A stretch of 63,544 nt of DNA, filler included. It is 5 parts of 5 records of this genome, joined end to end, with 100 filler letters (N's around TTAATTAATTAA, not from the genome) between each part and the next. Parts side by side here need not be neighbours in the genome. Positions count along the whole stretch, not along the records: positions 35,489 to 63,544 come from SRR31156797_3878; 4 more parts are not named here. One strand, 5' to 3'. The notes beneath the pieces were generated by a model that was given only the letters and a program-made list of their open reading frames with translations, ran no database searches and was not told the origin of the DNA. The translations under genes were made by a program, and so were the position numbers. Positions 59,512-63,544 of this stretch are shown here, piece by piece (within the stretch, counting starts at the first letter, position 1; every line of letters starts with the position of its first letter).

Positions 59512-62500
59512 ATGAAACAATTTTTCCTTTTATTATTTCTAGCCTTAATTAGTCTCGACTGTTTATCGCAGCAATCTATTGCCTATAAAATGGCAAAGTA
59601 TAGTTATTTAACACATCCTGAAAAGTTATTTTTATGCACAGATAAAGATGTATATATTTCAGGAGATACACTTTGGTTTAATGCGTGGTTGCTTAATGCT
59701 ACAGATTTAAGCCATGAGGAATTAGAAGAAATTCTTTATGTTGATTTAGTATCATCAGAAGGAAAAGTAGTAGAGCATCAATTGTTTAAGCTGAATAAAG
59801 GTACTGCAAATGGACATATAGTAATAAAGGAGATGTATAAGTCAGAAACTTTGTACATAAAGGCATATACCAACTTTATAAAAAATCATGGGCCTGACTT
59901 TATATTTCAGAAAACAATAAATGTGTATTCTCCTTTTCATAATGCCTTTGAGAGTGAAAAAATAGATGATCAAGAAATTTATCTAGCTCGAGATATTTTA
60001 AAACAAGATACGCTTAAGGAAATAATTTCACCTCTGGATATTCAGTTTCTACCTGAAGGTGGAAATTGGGTCGAAAATGTTCCATGCAGAATGGCTTTTG
60101 TAGTTTCTGCACCCAATTCGTACCCTAAAGATTTTTCAGGAATAATTACAGATCAAAATGATCGTACTATTACTCACTTTAGTTTACAGCAAAATGGAAG
60201 GGGAACGATAAGTCTTTTGCCAAAACCCAACACTACATATCGCGCCAAAATTATAGACCAGAATGGATATCTGGCTGAGTATAATTTACCATTAGTAGAT
60301 GCTGAGGGATATACTATAAAAATACAGGAAGCCCATGATAACCCTGATTTAATTAATGTTTATATCAAAACAAATGATCGAACGTTACGAGATAATTTAC
60401 TCACTTTATCTATCTCGCAGCATTATAAGGTACAAAAGACCTTGACATTAGATCCTTATAATAAGGAAAATAAAATAAGCATACCTAAAATCTTACTTAA
60501 AACAGGAGTAGCTGTTTTTACACTTTTTGATGCCAATCAGGTTCCGTTATGCGAAAGGCTTTATTGGGTCAACAATAAGGATTATTTAAATATTAAATTA
60601 AAAGAGGTTATTAACCAAAAGGATTCAAATGTTTACAGGATAATTGTAAATGACAAAAGCGGTCAACCGGTAAAAGGTACGTTTGCATACTCTTTTTCAG
60701 GAAATGCTTCACTAACGAATAACTCATTATCCGGTATGGTTGATTATTTGTATTTAAAATCGGAGTTGCCGGGAATAAAGGATGAATGTAAATACTTTTT
60801 TCAAGCAGATGCTCAATCAAAGAGGATTACCGATCTCACAATGCTTACGAATGGATGGCGTCGTTTTACCTGGCAAGAGATATTGGCGGATTCTGTCGGA
60901 AAGCCAGTGTTTCCATTAGAAAGAGGTTTTTATATTTCAGGGACTGTTTTAAGAACGGAAAGCTTTAAGCCTGCTAATAATATTGAAGTCACATTTGTTG
61001 GTCTTGCAAAAGACACTCTATTAGGAATTACAAAAACTAACGATGATGGAAAGTTCAAGTTTATGCTGGATCATTATACTGACACAATTGATTTTACAAT
61101 ACAAACTAAAAGTAGATTAAATAAAAGATGGGATTATCTTATATTACTTAGTACTAATTTGGGTGATGGGAGAACAGATAAAGTAAAAGCATCCAATAGA
61201 AGATTGGGACTAATTACATCTGGTAATGCTAAAAATCTGCTATTCTCAAAATCTAAAACAAGAGATGAAAATGATAGCTTATTACAGAGGTATCAAGGTG
61301 CATTCAATTCTTCATTTGTTTTATCTGATACAAACCATAAGTTTGTTGATTCAATCAATGACCAAATTAAAGTATTACATAAAGAACGAATGGAGCTAGT
61401 AGATCAGCCACCAATAATTGACTCAACAGACTATCAAATAGAAGAGGTAGATGTATATGCCAACAGGATATTTTCTCCTATTGAAGAACTACATCAGAAA
61501 TACGGAAATGCAACCAGAGCTTTTGAGAAGAAACAATTGTTTTTAATACAAGAGCGTAAACCTAATATTAAAGGATTTCACAGTATTATTAATCATTTAA
61601 TACCAGAATATAGATCATTACAATCCAAAGCAAGAATTTATGTTTTTGTTGATGGAGAACTCTACTATTTTACACATAGGCCTGCTATTTGTAACTCTGA
61701 AAATAGAATTATATCACCTCTTATTCAATGGTATAGATCCATTTTGAATGGCTTAGTCATCAGCGATATTAAATCCATTGAATTAATAGAAAACCCAGCA
61801 CGTAGCCCAATTGCCGATGCCATGGCATTAGATGGAGGACTTAATTGTGAGAAGCGTTCTCCAGAGCATATTATTTCTATTGAGACGGTAAATGGAAAGC
61901 AATTGACTCCAATTCAGGAGTATATTGGTATTGCAGAAACTTCTCTTAATGGATTTACAAGAGTTAAAGAGTATTATCGTCCCAAATATACAAAAGAGGA
62001 AAGTTTTAGTAACAAACTTTCTACTTATGCATGGTCTCCCAATACATATTCTAATAAAGATGGTGAAATATTAATAAGTTTACCCAAGAACCTGCCTATT
62101 AATGATTATGCTTTACAAATAAATGGTATCTCCCAAAGCGGTCTTCCCGGGTATTATTTTAAGTCATTTAGTAATGATACTGTAAAAGCAAATAAGAATG
62201 TTAAACTGTCATACAACAGCAAGGTAAAAGGTGTTGCAAAAGTCTTTGCAAAAGATAAAATCGATAACGATACAACGGTTAATATAAAAATTTTCTGTGA
62301 TGCTAAAGTTAAGCTGGAAAATGCTGTAATCGGATCACAAAAAAGCGCATTTCCAATTCAAACGATAAGTGACGGATCTATAACAATTAGTAAAAAGTAT
62401 TTACTAATGGATGATTCTTTACAGATTTCCGTTCCGGGGTGGGGACATCTTACTATTTCGCAAAGGGATGCATTAAATAAGCAGTATAAATTAAGAATTC

Positions 62501-63411
62501 CATTAGGTGTCTTTGCTCAAGATGCCAAGTTTGATGCAAGGGAGTATATGGAAAAGGTTTTTGAAACTGTTGTCAGAAACATTAGTTTGAGAAAATATGG
62601 TGTAAAAGGGGTTGCCACTCAACAATTTTATAAAAACGATTCCTTAATTCAGTTTTCCGATTTTGAAGTTGAGCAAAGACAAACGGGTTATCCGAAATTA
62701 CCACGAGAATTCAAACAGTTTACCGGGGAGATTCATCGTTTTAAAGTTGCTGATTATAATAGAAGAATTCCATTTAACCTCAAATATGAGAATACAACAG
62801 TAATACCTCCTCTCAATCCAATGAACATATATCTCACTTTTTTAACCTCATTTAATGATTATAAATGGGAGTATATTGGCCAGCAGTATTTTAATAATAG
62901 GTTATCAAACATTATATCTTTTGTTGATAAGCAAAACTCTTCAAGGTCTCATCACTCAGGTATCTATATTATAGATGTTCAGACAAATGCTATTGCCCAT
63001 GTTCAATGGGATGTTTCAAAAAATAAAAAAGTATTTGTTGTAGCTGGGTATTATCTTGCCGCTATGGAAGAAATAGGTGATTTTATCTTGCTTAAGGATA
63101 AAAGATATGCAACGTTTAGACTGGTTGATAACAATTGGAAGCTTTTAGGTGCCTCGCAGAATATTAACTTTATGTATGACGATCAGGATTATACGATAAA
63201 AAATAAAATGCTAATAAACTCTTGGCCAATAAAAACAAGCAAAGAGTTACAAGAACAGGTATGTAAGGAAGGTTTAAAGTGTATTAGTACTATAAAGCAG
63301 GCAAAATATAATCCTGTTGCGTGGAGAACAACAAAAGTTCTTAACCCTGATTCAGATCTAGTTAATAAGGTGAATGACCTTGGTGTTTTAGAAATATTTA
63401 TACCTTACTAA
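59512..63411 (+). CDS. Exported macroglobulin (MG2)-like protein, paralog 3, with about 415-aa C-terminal extension
   Basis: PEKLFLCTDKDVY..GDTLWF, FLPEGG, CERLYW, LTNGWRRFTW, TYAWSP, INGISQSGLPG, then extra domains. Confidence 0.8.
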   Translation: MKQFFLLLFLALISLDCLSQQSIAYKMAKYSYLTHPEKLFLCTDKDVYISGDTLWFNAWLLNATDLSHEELEEILYVDLVSSEGKVVEHQLFKLNKGTANGHIVIKEMYKSETLYIKAYTNFIKNHGPDFIFQKTINVYSPFHNAFESEKIDDQEIYLARDILKQDTLKEIISPLDIQFLPEGGNWVENVPCRMAFVVSAPNSYPKDFSGIITDQNDRTITHFSLQQNGRGTISLLPKPNTTYRAKIIDQNGYLAEYNLPLVDAEGYTIKIQEAHDNPDLINVYIKTNDRTLRDNLLTLSISQHYKVQKTLTLDPYNKENKISIPKILLKTGVAVFTLFDANQVPLCERLYWVNNKDYLNIKLKEVINQKDSNVYRIIVNDKSGQPVKGTFAYSFSGNASLTNNSLSGMVDYLYLKSELPGIKDECKYFFQADAQSKRITDLTMLTNGWRRFTWQEILADSVGKPVFPLERGFYISGTVLRTESFKPANNIEVTFVGLAKDTLLGITKTNDDGKFKFMLDHYTDTIDFTIQTKSRLNKRWDYLILLSTNLGDGRTDKVKASNRRLGLITSGNAKNLLFSKSKTRDENDSLLQRYQGAFNSSFVLSDTNHKFVDSINDQIKVLHKERMELVDQPPIIDSTDYQIEEVDVYANRIFSPIEELHQKYGNATRAFEKKQLFLIQERKPNIKGFHSIINHLIPEYRSLQSKARIYVFVDGELYYFTHRPAICNSENRIISPLIQWYRSILNGLVISDIKSIELIENPARSPIADAMALDGGLNCEKRSPEHIISIETVNGKQLTPIQEYIGIAETSLNGFTRVKEYYRPKYTKEESFSNKLSTYAWSPNTYSNKDGEILISLPKNLPINDYALQINGISQSGLPGYYFKSFSNDTVKANKNVKLSYNSKVKGVAKVFAKDKIDNDTTVNIKIFCDAKVKLENAVIGSQKSAFPIQTISDGSITISKKYLLMDDSLQISVPGWGHLTISQRDALNKQYKLRIPLGVFAQDAKFDAREYMEKVFETVVRNISLRKYGVKGVATQQFYKNDSLIQFSDFEVEQRQTGYPKLPREFKQFTGEIHRFKVADYNRRIPFNLKYENTTVIPPLNPMNIYLTFLTSFNDYKWEYIGQQYFNNRLSNIISFVDKQNSSRSHHSGIYIIDVQTNAIAHVQWDVSKNKKVFVVAGYYLAAMEEIGDFILLKDKRYATFRLVDNNWKLLGASQNINFMYDDQDYTIKNKMLINSWPIKTSKELQEQVCKEGLKCISTIKQAKYNPVAWRTTKVLNPDSDLVNKVNDLGVLEIFIPY

Positions 63412-63435
63412 AATGCTGTTTTAAAGAGAAAAGGA

Positions 63436-63488
63436 AGGAGGTAAAACAAGAATCACTTACCCTATACTATCATAATGTTTTACCTCCT
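63436..63488. terminator. 13-bp perfect inverted repeat after paralog 3, probable terminator of a convergent transcript
   Basis: AGGAGGTAAAACA (63436-63448) / TGTTTTACCTCCT (63476-63488); the U-rich tail is on the minus strand. Confidence 0.5.
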
Positions 63489-63544
63489 GATCCCGGTTGA
63501 AACTTAAACCTGAATTCGACATAAAATTTCGGATTCAGAACGCT

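Overview
The window is five unrelated contigs joined by artificial 100-nt spacers (N44-TTAATTAATTAA-N44 at 5791-5890, 22051-22150, 28468-28567, 35389-35488), so it looks like a concatenated metagenome or bin rather than one replicon. Taxonomic labels are inferred from gene content and composition. (1) 1-5790, probably Desulfobacterota-like: two co-oriented periplasmic-binding/PAS sensor genes. One is a histidine kinase missing from the ORF track; the other has no output domain. (2) 5891-22050, GC-rich spirochaete-like: tRNA-Ser 3' end, SRP RNA, dnaX split by a probable -1 recoding site, ybaB, recR, a GH63-like gene, yigZ, thyX, TPR and LamG genes, uvrC, two metallophosphoesterases and a B12 radical SAM. 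(3) 22151-28467, similar composition: sucrose phosphorylase, MFS, GH1, AraC regulator and a CsgG-like protein. (4) 28568-35388, AT-rich: dut, a CxxC/CcdA-like redox membrane protein, a vWA lipoprotein and a large GH13. (5) 35489-63544, Bacteroidota: T9SS type-B cargo, PorP and PorE-like genes, holB-ricT-gldH-trmB, Fe-S genes, sprE-porX-tsaE and three macroglobulin-like paralogs. Best leads are a kinase plus kinase-less sensor pair with in-register helices of contrasting charge (possible heteromeric sensor kinase), dnaX whose full-length tau needs a frameshift, the macroglobulin-like paralogs, and a GH63-like protein lacking its expected catalytic Asp. No CRISPR array, transposase or prophage was seen.
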